Below are positions 1-9,434 of a stretch of DNA of 64,000 bases, in pieces. The stretch is taken from positions 1 to 64,000 of IMG/VR virus record IMGVR_UViG_3300037524_000450; one strand, written 5' to 3'. Every line of letters starts with the position of its first letter. The stretch's first letter is position 1. Under the pieces are notes generated by a model, which was not told the DNA's origin, did no database searches, and worked only from the letters and a program-made list of their open reading frames with translations. The position numbers were made by a program, and so were the translations under genes. The stretch is from a virus. Its lineage: Duplodnaviria; Caudoviricetes.

Positions 1-117
1 TTTGAGACTATGGAGAAGGAAATCGCCAAGCGGTTTAGCCAAGTCCACCCTACAGATAATCAGCCATACACAGATGACCCTAGCTTGCCCAGAACAGTAA
101 AGAATGATGAGAAGTAG
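1..117 (+). CDS. C-terminal 38 aa of an upstream gene, probably the portal protein (partial)
   Basis: Open frame 1 from the window edge to TAG at 115-117 (FETMEKEIAKRF...NDEK*). Portal identity inferred only from position before the MuF-like and gp68-like genes. Confidence 0.4.
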   Translation, partial: FETMEKEIAKRFSQVHPTDNQPYTDDPSLPRTVKNDEK

Positions 118-865
118 GGGTTTATTGCGGTCCAAGAAAAACATTGGAGGGCATCTTGCCGTTAAAACCCCGTGGAAGCATCACGGGGTTTTGCCTAGTA
201 TCAAAGCGATATTAAAGCCGGGTAAGGCGCAAACCCTCCATGACGTAGGGCAGCGCTTTGTCTACCCGAAATTCGCAGCATTAGAGACTCAATTTCGTAA
301 GGATTTAGACAGCGTTTATAACACCCCAAAGTCGGGGAAAGTTATGAAGAAAATCTTCAGGGACGCCTACACCAAAGCATTCCAACTAGGGAAGTTAGCA
401 GCTTCTGGGGGTGTAGGAACCATGCTCCCTAGGATTGATAATATTGACAAAGCTTGGATAGAAAAGTTCATAGACAAAGAGTTTACTTTGTGGAAAAGAT
501 TCCTCGGAGATGTACAGAACAAACGAGGAAAAATGGACTATGATAAGCGTAAGGAAATGTACGTCCGTGCCCTTAACTCCATGTATAACGGCGCTCGGGT
601 TATTGCCTGCCCCCCTATGACTCTGTTTTACTGGGAGACTAGTTTGGCGGAGCATTGCCCGCACTGCCTGTACTTACAGAGTAAGAGTCCTTTTATAAAA
701 GAGAATATCCCTACTCTTCCAGCCAGCGGAGATACCAAGTGCCGGAGTAACTGTCGGTGTCATCTACGGATGGTCCAGATTCCTGTGTGGAAGTATATGA
801 AAATAAAGCAGACAGCTCCTAGTAGGGAAGAGCTGCTAAGAGGCATGAATGCGGTTGCAAAGTAG
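104..865 (+). CDS. Head morphogenesis protein, Mu gpF / SPP1 gp7-like
   Basis: C-terminal HCPHCLYL...GDTKCRSNCRCHL Cys pattern typical of MuF minor head proteins; located just after the probable portal. Confidence 0.75.
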   Translation: MMRSRGLLRSKKNIGGHLAVKTPWKHHGVLPSIKAILKPGKAQTLHDVGQRFVYPKFAALETQFRKDLDSVYNTPKSGKVMKKIFRDAYTKAFQLGKLAASGGVGTMLPRIDNIDKAWIEKFIDKEFTLWKRFLGDVQNKRGKMDYDKRKEMYVRALNSMYNGARVIACPPMTLFYWETSLAEHCPHCLYLQSKSPFIKENIPTLPASGDTKCRSNCRCHLRMVQIPVWKYMKIKQTAPSREELLRGMNAVAK

Positions 866-897
866 CTGATCGTATTCATTATATGATGGAGGTTATA

Positions 898-1308
898 ATG
901 ACGCTAAGGGATCGTTTGGACAACTTTATAGAAGACGCAATAGCCGAGTCGTACCCTCCTGCCGTTGCCGCTACAGTTCTTTGCTGTGAGGATTGCACGC
1001 TTAATGACGAGCTTCTACTTGACATGATTAAGCAAGAGCTTCTTGAATCCAAAAGGACTTTTAGAAAACTCCCCGGTGGTGGGAAAATGTTGGTTAGAAG
1101 AACAGGCCCGATAAGCATAAGGCGAAGAATGGCAGCTAAAAAAGCAGCTAGAAAAGGACGCGCAGCTAGGCTACGGGCAGCTCGTAATCCTCGTTCTAAG
1201 ATGAAGAGGAAGCGTACGATGGCAGCGAGAAAGCGGCTACTTGGTAACAGGAGAAAATCTTCTAGACGCCCAAGAATTCGTTTCAGGCCCCGTAGACGTA
1301 GGCGGTAA
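898..1308 (+). CDS. Prohead core protein, T4 gp68-like, with Arg-rich protamine-like tail
   Basis: GGAGG at 888-892 favours ATG 898. Acidic N-half, then RRRMAAKKAARK...KRKRTMAARKRLLG resembling the basic gp68 C-terminus; ends RRPRIRFRPRRRRR. Confidence 0.6.
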   Translation: MTLRDRLDNFIEDAIAESYPPAVAATVLCCEDCTLNDELLLDMIKQELLESKRTFRKLPGGGKMLVRRTGPISIRRRMAAKKAARKGRAARLRAARNPRSKMKRKRTMAARKRLLGNRRKSSRRPRIRFRPRRRRR

Positions 1309-1310
1309 TA

Positions 1311-4300
1311 ATGATTAAGCATCATAGATATGGTACAGGATATCTTATTGAGGGTACTACTCCTAACGTAGCCCTAGATATCGGTAAGGATATTCCGGCT
1401 GACTGGCCTAGTATTGGGGATCTTCCTGTCCCTAATTTTGGTTCTAACTACCCTTTAAACTTTTTGTCTAAACTGATCTTAGAGGCATTGGAACAGATTT
1501 CGCTTCCTTTGTATATTGTTTCTGCCCCAGATCCTAATACTCCATCGGGGATAATGCATATATTAAAACACCCCCGGAGTTTCTTAGAGTTTAAGAAAGC
1601 TGTAGTAGAGGCGCTTAAAGAAAGCTATTTACCCCGGTCTTTTAAGGTTTATCTTTCTGGCCCTGATGATTTATCTGTGCATAGTCTAATTGACTACGCT
1701 TATGACCAGTTAACTGAACTTGCTAACAAAAAGATTAATCCTGCACAAGTAACGCAAAAAGTTAAGGAATTTGCTAGAACGCTTAAAAACAACAAAATTG
1801 TGTCTACCTTACACATTAATATTACTCCAGAATACGATAGTAGACATATAACCCATACTAGATTCTCGTTTGGTGTCCCTGGTTGGAATGTAATGGGCCA
1901 TGCGTATAGGAACCCAGGGGCATTTATCCCTGGTAATGCTCTACGTGAGCTTGACAGCGCAATGGGGAATATTAAATTCCATCGTTTGACTATTACGACA
2001 CAGTTAACCACACTGTACTACCACACCCTATGGAAGCAGTTTAATGACATCGTGGTCGATAACAGCCAGGGTATGGTCCGTGTGCTGGAAAAGGAAATAA
2101 ACTCTGACGAAGTACGCTCGGCGTATGCTAAAGAGATGGGGGCAGATCCTCCAAGAGTACTTTCTCCAGATGACCCAGAAAGTGTAAAAGTTGGTTCAGG
2201 TCCAACGCTCAGTACAGCAACCCGGATGGCTTTTTCTGGCGGAAAACTTGTGCCTTTGAGCCAGAAGGTTGGGGGGTTCGCTGTAACTTCTGCATCTATC
2301 CGTTCTTCTGGCCAAGATACTGCTGGAGTTATTGTAAGCGCAGATCCGAATGAAAGACGCTGGATGGATGCTCAGGGCAGGATGAAGGTTGTAGACGCAC
2401 TACCCGACCAACCGGGATCTTGGATTCCTGTTGACAAAATTAAACCGCTTTTTTCTAATCCAAAATATGACATATACTTTGCCATATACTATGACCACCC
2501 ATTACTCCGTCCGAGCAGCTCAGGGCAACCTTATTGGTACAGTAATTTAAGCCATTTTTATAATGCTGGAAAGACTTATGGGCAGCTTACAGATGACACG
2601 CCCCCATTGTACATAAGAATTGTTAAAAAATATGGTTCACATTCAGGAACCCCGGTGGGAAGAACTTACCGGCAATCTGGAAAGGAAGTTGGCAAACATA
2701 TTCCAGCCGTTCTTAGAACTACTCGTCATGCTAATTTAACGATTAGTCGTGCTGAACTAGATAGTGACAAAAGTACCGATGGGCAAGAAGCGAGTGAAAA
2801 GCTTCGTGAAATAGCAGAGCGTTTCCGTAATAATGTTGACTCTGGCAAAAGGGATTATAGAGAAATACTTAGAAGAAAAGTAGGAGATAAGTTTAACCCA
2901 GACAGGGTAGACGCTGAAGGTAATGTCACACACCGGCAAGCTAACATACCTGATAACCCGATTAAAAAGCACCCAGAGGGGACTACAGAGGAAGACTGGC
3001 TGGCTTATGTTAATTGGATTAGACAAGAGGGAGAGAAGAAACTCGGGCTTAAATTCAAATCTGGTAGAGAACAGTGGATAAAAGATCATGGTCCACTTAA
3101 GTACCAGAGATCTGCTGCACTTATCAGAGCAGCACAGAATGTTAGGTTAAATAGAGAGTTATCTGGTAAACGGGATGATAAAGGGAACCCTACTGAACCC
3201 TTTGCTGTCTATTTTGTAGAGTTTCTAATGGGTCACCAGACACATGCTGGGAGCATGTACGAGACGTATGCTATCCCCATAAACGTTGTTAGAGCAGGGG
3301 AAGATATGGACCCCCGGCTAACTATTAAGCGGGTTAAGGAAGAGGATCTTAAAGAGCAATTAAGCCAATTTCCGGGGATATCAAAGGTTGACTGGACCTA
3401 TGTCAACGCTAGAGAAAATCGTGGGTTCCCCTATGCTTTTATTACTCGTCTTTCTATAATAAACGACAGTGAAAAAGACCGAATGAATGCTATTTTTAAG
3501 CATTCATCTTCGCCTAAAATTGAAAGAGCTAATGATGGTTATTTTGTTGATGGGGTACTTTGGAAAGCTTATCAGATGCTAACTGCTATGCCCCCTAGAC
3601 TAGCCCAAGAGAAGTTTGGTATGATTGGTAGCAGTTCCTACTCGTCATTATTGAAAGACGACCCCAAGGTTCTTACCCGTATTCGTAGGGGTTTGACTGG
3701 GCCACGTATGCACCTTAATGATTTCGGGCTTAGCCCAGTTAGAACTAAGCTGGAGTTTACAGGGAACCCATTAGAAAGGACTAAGCAGGAAACAATTGAC
3801 CCCAATTTTGGTGTTACTCACACTCCATTAAGCGATGCTTATTTTAGAAGTAATATTGGGCAAACGTGGCGGCCAAAGCTCGAATCTAAGTTATTAGACG
3901 ATGTTAAAAGCTTTTCTCGTGCTTATGTTGTAGGAATTGAAAGAGCTAATTCCTATGAAGATAACAAAGATAATTGGGAAAGATATTTAGCCCAGGCAAA
4001 AGAGAAAGCTGCCCAAATAGAAACTGCTATTAAAATGGATATTAAAGACGAACTTGTAACTACTTTAAAGAGGTCAAACTTTGACCCTGCTGTTGGAAGA
4101 AGTTTGGACCTCTACATTAAGTACGCAGAAAGGGCAATTGATACACCAAATGGCGCGGTTACTATTAAAGTCCCAGAGCTTGTGGAGAGATTAGGCTTGG
4201 TTAAGTATACGGCTGCAGTTCATACTTTAGCCGGAAGAAGCGACCTATACTCTGTAAAAGCGCCTTCGGAAGATATTGCTAAACATCTATTTGTTTTAAA

Positions 4301-4580
4301 ACTTCTACGTCGGTCTACTAAAAATGCCTTACTGGGCAACTTGATGGCTATAACAACAAGAACAGACCCGAAGCACCCGAAAGCGGCTAAGTTAATCGCA
4401 GATGTTAATGCTCAACATTTAGCCCAATGGGCTGCAAATAATTTTAATTGTATTGAAGATCATGACCCTAAAGGAAATAAGTTCCAAATACCCAAGGGGA
4501 AAGATCTTCCGTTTGACCGGAGACTTCGAGCAGCCCCGCATGGAGAATTTCTTAGACTTAATATGTTAAGGACAGACTAA
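1311..4580 (+). CDS. Large hypothetical protein (1089 aa), probable internal head/ejected protein
   Basis: Long ORF between head genes; YLIE/G near the N-terminus fits a prohead protease site; no recognisable domain. Confidence 0.6.
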   Translation: MIKHHRYGTGYLIEGTTPNVALDIGKDIPADWPSIGDLPVPNFGSNYPLNFLSKLILEALEQISLPLYIVSAPDPNTPSGIMHILKHPRSFLEFKKAVVEALKESYLPRSFKVYLSGPDDLSVHSLIDYAYDQLTELANKKINPAQVTQKVKEFARTLKNNKIVSTLHINITPEYDSRHITHTRFSFGVPGWNVMGHAYRNPGAFIPGNALRELDSAMGNIKFHRLTITTQLTTLYYHTLWKQFNDIVVDNSQGMVRVLEKEINSDEVRSAYAKEMGADPPRVLSPDDPESVKVGSGPTLSTATRMAFSGGKLVPLSQKVGGFAVTSASIRSSGQDTAGVIVSADPNERRWMDAQGRMKVVDALPDQPGSWIPVDKIKPLFSNPKYDIYFAIYYDHPLLRPSSSGQPYWYSNLSHFYNAGKTYGQLTDDTPPLYIRIVKKYGSHSGTPVGRTYRQSGKEVGKHIPAVLRTTRHANLTISRAELDSDKSTDGQEASEKLREIAERFRNNVDSGKRDYREILRRKVGDKFNPDRVDAEGNVTHRQANIPDNPIKKHPEGTTEEDWLAYVNWIRQEGEKKLGLKFKSGREQWIKDHGPLKYQRSAALIRAAQNVRLNRELSGKRDDKGNPTEPFAVYFVEFLMGHQTHAGSMYETYAIPINVVRAGEDMDPRLTIKRVKEEDLKEQLSQFPGISKVDWTYVNARENRGFPYAFITRLSIINDSEKDRMNAIFKHSSSPKIERANDGYFVDGVLWKAYQMLTAMPPRLAQEKFGMIGSSSYSSLLKDDPKVLTRIRRGLTGPRMHLNDFGLSPVRTKLEFTGNPLERTKQETIDPNFGVTHTPLSDAYFRSNIGQTWRPKLESKLLDDVKSFSRAYVVGIERANSYEDNKDNWERYLAQAKEKAAQIETAIKMDIKDELVTTLKRSNFDPAVGRSLDLYIKYAERAIDTPNGAVTIKVPELVERLGLVKYTAAVHTLAGRSDLYSVKAPSEDIAKHLFVLKLLRRSTKNALLGNLMAITTRTDPKHPKAAKLIADVNAQHLAQWAANNFNCIEDHDPKGNKFQIPKGKDLPFDRRLRAAPHGEFLRLNMLRTD

Positions 4581-5767
4581 TGGGGATTATAACTGTTGAG
4601 AGACATGTATTTTACGCAGAGGCTGTAGAATATAACTCTCCTGGTAACCCAGATTTTAGCCGTATGCACTTACGAGTGCGTAATATCCGTGTGCCTTGGA
4701 GCCACGGAGAGGCCCGGACCATAGGATATCTAGATGAGCTTCAGTTTGGTGGCACGATAGAGAAAGTTCCAATTGCTACAGCAGGTATTACAAAACGGTT
4801 TTTCATGGGGGAAGGTTTCAACCACCCAAAACTTATTGTTACTGCCGTTGGTATCCAAGACCTCCATGACAAACAGGAAATGGGAAAACTTTTAGTAACC
4901 CGGTATAAGGCGCGTCTTAATCAACACAATTTCCCTGAAAGAGTAGTTCCTCGGGTTATAGAGAGTGTTTGGGACAAACTCCCCGATGACGAAAAAGCAG
5001 CCTTTGCCCGCCCTGCTTCGGGGTCTAGGCTTGTAAGACCATCTACTGCGAATAAGCCTGTTTCTTACCTCCATAAGTTTGAATTTGGTCCTGTGGTGCC
5101 TGGTGAGGTATGGCTACTCGTAGACCCCACATACCCAGAAAAAAGGGGAGTAACTTACGAAACGGCTGTTGACCTAGCTAAAGAGCATCTAGGACGACCA
5201 GTTGAAACTACCTTGTTTCAACATATGGACAAAAATGCGAAAGTGTTTAATACCGAAGGGGTTATAATCCTTGGGATAGCCTATAGGCTACAATATTGGA
5301 GACAGCGGCTTCCCAAAGAACCGGTTCAGTGGTTGGACAGCGTACAGCGCAGGGTTAGAGAATATCTTAGACACGCTCTACATGCTAATAAGCCATTCCA
5401 ACCCCAGGCAAAATTCAGAACACTTGAATTCTGGTACGCGATGGGAGACTTTTCACTACCAATAAAAAGTGTTCGGGATGCCTCGTCTACTTTTCGAGGT
5501 ATCCATCATCCTACTTTTAAACCGGGGAGAGGATTTGTTACGGCTGCTCATACAGACGAGACAGCTTTGAGGCCGTTGTTCGTAGTTAATGCTAGGGATA
5601 GGGAAGAAGCTGTTAAAAAAGCTGAAGAGCTACTCTGGAAAAATATTAATGACCCAGCTAAGGCTGTTCGTTGGGGGGAATTGTCCAATAAATGGTACGC
5701 TGCTGGTCAGCTAATGGTGCCCCGGTCGGGTATTGCAGTATTTAATCCCAGGGCACAACGGCAATAA
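4580..5767 (+). CDS. Hypothetical protein (395 aa), probable internal head protein
   Basis: TAATG stop/start overlap with the previous gene; basic composition; FYAE/A near the N-terminus. Confidence 0.6.
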   Translation: MGIITVERHVFYAEAVEYNSPGNPDFSRMHLRVRNIRVPWSHGEARTIGYLDELQFGGTIEKVPIATAGITKRFFMGEGFNHPKLIVTAVGIQDLHDKQEMGKLLVTRYKARLNQHNFPERVVPRVIESVWDKLPDDEKAAFARPASGSRLVRPSTANKPVSYLHKFEFGPVVPGEVWLLVDPTYPEKRGVTYETAVDLAKEHLGRPVETTLFQHMDKNAKVFNTEGVIILGIAYRLQYWRQRLPKEPVQWLDSVQRRVREYLRHALHANKPFQPQAKFRTLEFWYAMGDFSLPIKSVRDASSTFRGIHHPTFKPGRGFVTAAHTDETALRPLFVVNARDREEAVKKAEELLWKNINDPAKAVRWGELSNKWYAAGQLMVPRSGIAVFNPRAQRQ

Positions 5768-5823
5768 ATGCAAAAATAAGAGATATGTTTTGTTTATTAT
5801 GTGTGTTAGTTTAGGAGGCTATA

Positions 5824-6192
5824 ATGAATCGACCGATTGACACCCTATTTTATCATTGGGTTGTGACTGAAGACGACAAGAACATTCCTACAGTTTTTGA
5901 AGATATCTCAGAACTCCCCGACGAAACCAAGATTGATGCAGTTCTTACAACTTATGCCGAGTGTGTGGGCCAGATGATTGAGGCTGAGATTTTTAGCCGT
6001 ATGGTCGTAGATTCGAAGATTGCTCAAATACAGGAAGATGACGAGCTTGCTGATGAGGACATGGATCTCGTGGCGCAGGCCATTGACGAAGACGAAGACG
6101 TTATTGCGGCGGCGGAGAATGCCGAGGAAGCTAAGCGTGCGCTTAACTTGCTCCACTCTAGTATTGTAAAAGTCTTTGCGCGTGAGGTATAA
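5824..6192 (+). CDS. Acidic hypothetical protein (122 aa)
   Basis: AGGAGG SD upstream; D/E-rich helical sequence. Confidence 0.7.
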   Translation: MNRPIDTLFYHWVVTEDDKNIPTVFEDISELPDETKIDAVLTTYAECVGQMIEAEIFSRMVVDSKIAQIQEDDELADEDMDLVAQAIDEDEDVIAAAENAEEAKRALNLLHSSIVKVFAREV

Positions 6193-6193
6193 C

Positions 6194-6667
6194 ATGGGAC
6201 GCCCGCTTTCAAACCCGACGCAGATTGCTCGTTCAGAAGCAGTAGCAAGAGCTTTGGACGCCCTATTGTATGGGGATGACGAGCCAGAGCGGGACACGAC
6301 AGCACAGGGCTGGAACAGACTTCATTACGAGGAAGGAAGAGATGCTATGAAAATGTGGTATGAAGATTTACAGGACATTGATGCGGTTATTTCGGAGAAC
6401 GTAGAGGTTCCCCTAAGCCAGCTACCAACATCGAACTTGGTAGAGAAGATTAGCAGTGCTGTGGAAGCCGTCAGCACATGGTACGCGGCCCCGGTGCCGG
6501 TGTTCCAGAAGCGGCTACTCCACATCCACTTCAACGAGTTGGCTGAGGTGGAAGGTGATCTGCGTAGCGGTAAAATCAACGCGGCTGAGGCCGAGGCGAG
6601 GTTTAACGTTATCATGTCAGATCTCTCTGAAATCGAGAACTTCTCTAAGTTTTTCCTTTGGGGGTAA
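6194..6667 (+). CDS. Acidic helical hypothetical protein (157 aa)
   Basis: GAGGT SD at 6184-6188 places the start at ATG 6194, not 6176. Confidence 0.65.
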   Translation: MGRPLSNPTQIARSEAVARALDALLYGDDEPERDTTAQGWNRLHYEEGRDAMKMWYEDLQDIDAVISENVEVPLSQLPTSNLVEKISSAVEAVSTWYAAPVPVFQKRLLHIHFNELAEVEGDLRSGKINAAEAEARFNVIMSDLSEIENFSKFFLWG

Positions 6668-6670
6668 CCT

Positions 6671-7048
6671 ATGGCGACCCTATCCTTTGAAGGGTCAGTC
6701 TACTTCTCTACGGCAGTGGACCGTAGAGAATTAGTAGTTATTGCCCCTTCGTATACTGTAGAAGCGACTATGAACCGGATTCAGACTTCTATTCCGACAG
6801 GCGAGACTCATGAAATTAATTTCACAGACTTGCCTGGGAATAAGGCAACGGGTATCCTTTTGTCTGTGTCTGAAGGTGATGTTGATCTAGTTATTACGGA
6901 TGATGACTCAGTGGCTGCAACATTTAACCTAACTACATCTAGCATGTTCATTATTATGAACTCCCTTATCACTGACATAGTGCTAACGGCCAATGAAGAT
7001 TCTGTATACGACATGATCGTAACAGGTGTTACACCTGCGGGAGATTAA
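6671..7048 (+). CDS. Small beta-rich hypothetical protein (125 aa), possible capsid decoration protein
   Basis: Tightly packed ORF with alternating hydrophobic Thr/Val/Ile beta-strand pattern; function inferred. Confidence 0.55.
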   Translation: MATLSFEGSVYFSTAVDRRELVVIAPSYTVEATMNRIQTSIPTGETHEINFTDLPGNKATGILLSVSEGDVDLVITDDDSVAATFNLTTSSMFIIMNSLITDIVLTANEDSVYDMIVTGVTPAGD

Positions 7049-7051
7049 TGA

Positions 7052-9433
7052 ATGCCTGCTCCTCCTAATGAAACCCCACTGGGGATGTTCTACGGTGATT
7101 CGGGGGGTCCAGCGGCGACCCCCCCGACCGCATCTACGAGTAAGAACTGCCCATTTCTAGACCCAGAGGAGAATGCTTTTTGCACCCTGGATGGCGCTCT
7201 ATGCCCCTTTGTAGGCTTCTCTTACTCCAAGTGCAAGAAGTATATCAACAACCTGTCCAAAGGGCTGTCAGGGCAGAATATGGTCAATTTTACCCCTACG
7301 GGTAAACCGCCCCGGCTAGAGTCCCTAACCGAAGCTAAAAAAAAAGTAAATAACGACATAGACGCAGCTAATAATGCATTTGCAGCTACCCTTAGGGATA
7401 AAGCTGATGCAGGAGTGGCTGATATGTTTGGCTTTACTGGTGGCGATATACCAAGTACTGAGGCACCCCCACCACCTAAGCCACCAAACCCCCCTAAGCG
7501 GAAAAACATAGGGAATAAAACTTCTGCTAAATATAAAGGAAGGGGGCAAGCAACAAAGGAAGTTGCCTCGCCACCACCACCGGAAGCTCCTGCTCCACCA
7601 CCGCCAGCTCCGAAAAAGGGGCAAGTAGTAGGTAAAACAAAGCGTAAGAAGGCAGATAAGAAAGATATTGCTTTAAGTGGTGCTTCGCCTAGTGCTATAG
7701 AGCTAATGAGTGAGTTTGTGCGTAAAGCGGGGCTTGCCAAAAAGTCTAGAAAGCAACAGGAAGAATTTTTTGCTGATCCTGAAAACGTTGCTATTTTTGC
7801 TCAGGCAGCCCAGTCTACTTTAAAGATAGCTAAAAAGGAAAAGGAAACCGATTTAGCAAACCAACAGAGAAGCCGTGAGACGGCAATTAAAATTGTTGGT
7901 GCTTTTCTTATCCAAGACGCAAATATGGATCGGTATACTGCGTATACCGCTGCTGAAGATATTGTTAACCAAGTCTTTATCCGGGCTGGGGAAGATTTGG
8001 AGTTCAACCCCAAAGAGAGAGAAAGACAAAAACAAAACCGAGAAAAAGCTGCTGACGCGGCGGCTAAGTTATTTACGGACAATATCCATGGGGATAAGCC
8101 AACCGGGAAAGGTACTGCAGGGGCGGCGGGCGCAACGGATGCAGCAACCGAAAAGAAAGTTGCTGCTCCAACAGGCTCTTTCGCTGACGCCTGGAAGAAC
8201 TATAAGTACAAGGTAGGGGATGAGCCAGATCATGAAGCCCCCAAAGCAAAAGCTGCCCCTAAGGGCAAGACTAAGTCTTTTGCTGACGCCTGGAAGAAAT
8301 ACAAGTACAAGGTAGGGGATGAACCAGAGCATGAAGCTCCTACTCCAGATGCTCCTGCTGCTCCTGTTCATCGTACTCCGACTGGTCCTGGGGCACAGCA
8401 GTCTACTTCGTACATGAACGAAGCACAGTTCCGAGAGTTTGTAGAGGAGCTTCGTGCTCTGTCAAAAGAAGACCAGGAAGCTATTTTTGCTGGTTGGGTT
8501 CACGAAGGTAAGTCGGTTAGTGGGGCTATTGATGCCCTTGAGCAACAAGCATCTAAATATGCCAAACAAAAGGCATATAAGCGTATAGCTGACTTGTATT
8601 CAACCTTTCACTCCCGGTTTAAGGGTGTGGATAAGATAAAAGCTAATAAGATATTATTCCAAAAGGAATGGGATCAAAATCTTGAGCGGTTAGAGAAGCT
8701 CCCGCTTGGTGACCGCCATGCTTTGGACATGTACAAACGTTTAACTAACACAGATACCGAGGCAGCGCGTGCTTCCTTAGCAGGTAAAGTTAACAAGGTT
8801 ATGGACCGTTTGTATGACCTTGAGATGAAAACCATCAAAGTAGGGGACCATGACGTACAGACATTTGCACGTAAGTTAGCTGTCCCCACGTTTAATAAGA
8901 CTGACTATGAAATGATGCGGGCAAGTGAACAGCTTGGCTTGTATGCAATTCATAAGACACACCAGTATGGTAAGAATTATGGTAAGTGGAACACCTGGAA
9001 CTTGTTTGCCAGATCAGTGCTTGTTCCCCTTGTCTTAGCTTTCACACCATTCAAAGATCTTATCCGGCCTATTATGCAGATGTGGCCGCAAGCTCTGTTT
9101 GACCAGTTTTATCATTCATATATTGCCAAGCCTTTGCCAAAGCTTAAGGCTGGAGGAGAAGCGGATAATCGTTCAGTTATGCGTTTGTCTAGAGATGATA
9201 AATTCTTGGCCAGCCAAAAGATGGCTAATCCAACTACGCAGGAGAGACTCATGAAAGGGTGGGATAAGGATATGGTTCTCCCCCCGGATGAAGCAATTTT
9301 GCACAAAAGGTGGTATCCTACTACCAAGCAGAGTTGGGGTAAAACAAGACACGGTGTTTTGCTCGACCGGTATGAAAAGACAAAGGGTAACTTACTTCCA
9401 AAAGCAACTAAGCGAAGTTTTTTGAGGAAATAA
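7052..9433 (+). CDS. Lys/Ala/Pro-rich hypothetical protein (793 aa) with N-terminal 4-Cys cluster, probable internal head protein
   Basis: CPF-x8-C-x6-C-x9-C near the N-terminus, LESLTE/AKKK protease-like site, poly-Pro linkers, internal 22-aa duplication. Confidence 0.6.
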   Translation: MPAPPNETPLGMFYGDSGGPAATPPTASTSKNCPFLDPEENAFCTLDGALCPFVGFSYSKCKKYINNLSKGLSGQNMVNFTPTGKPPRLESLTEAKKKVNNDIDAANNAFAATLRDKADAGVADMFGFTGGDIPSTEAPPPPKPPNPPKRKNIGNKTSAKYKGRGQATKEVASPPPPEAPAPPPPAPKKGQVVGKTKRKKADKKDIALSGASPSAIELMSEFVRKAGLAKKSRKQQEEFFADPENVAIFAQAAQSTLKIAKKEKETDLANQQRSRETAIKIVGAFLIQDANMDRYTAYTAAEDIVNQVFIRAGEDLEFNPKERERQKQNREKAADAAAKLFTDNIHGDKPTGKGTAGAAGATDAATEKKVAAPTGSFADAWKNYKYKVGDEPDHEAPKAKAAPKGKTKSFADAWKKYKYKVGDEPEHEAPTPDAPAAPVHRTPTGPGAQQSTSYMNEAQFREFVEELRALSKEDQEAIFAGWVHEGKSVSGAIDALEQQASKYAKQKAYKRIADLYSTFHSRFKGVDKIKANKILFQKEWDQNLERLEKLPLGDRHALDMYKRLTNTDTEAARASLAGKVNKVMDRLYDLEMKTIKVGDHDVQTFARKLAVPTFNKTDYEMMRASEQLGLYAIHKTHQYGKNYGKWNTWNLFARSVLVPLVLAFTPFKDLIRPIMQMWPQALFDQFYHSYIAKPLPKLKAGGEADNRSVMRLSRDDKFLASQKMANPTTQERLMKGWDKDMVLPPDEAILHKRWYPTTKQSWGKTRHGVLLDRYEKTKGNLLPKATKRSFLRK
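8177..8341 (+). repeat. Two ~66 bp direct repeats, 99 bp apart, encoding SFADAWKxYKYKVGDEPxHEAP
   Basis: Copies at 8177-8242 and 8276-8341 with a few mostly synonymous differences. Confidence 0.9.
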
Positions 9434-9434
9434 T

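Noticed and set aside
879-1325. Minus-strand 148-aa ORF, and similar antisense or off-frame ORFs (e.g. 7222-7740, 60783-61382, 61024-61524)
   Set aside because: Shadow ORFs fully overlapping well-supported + strand genes with biased composition; no SD or motifs.
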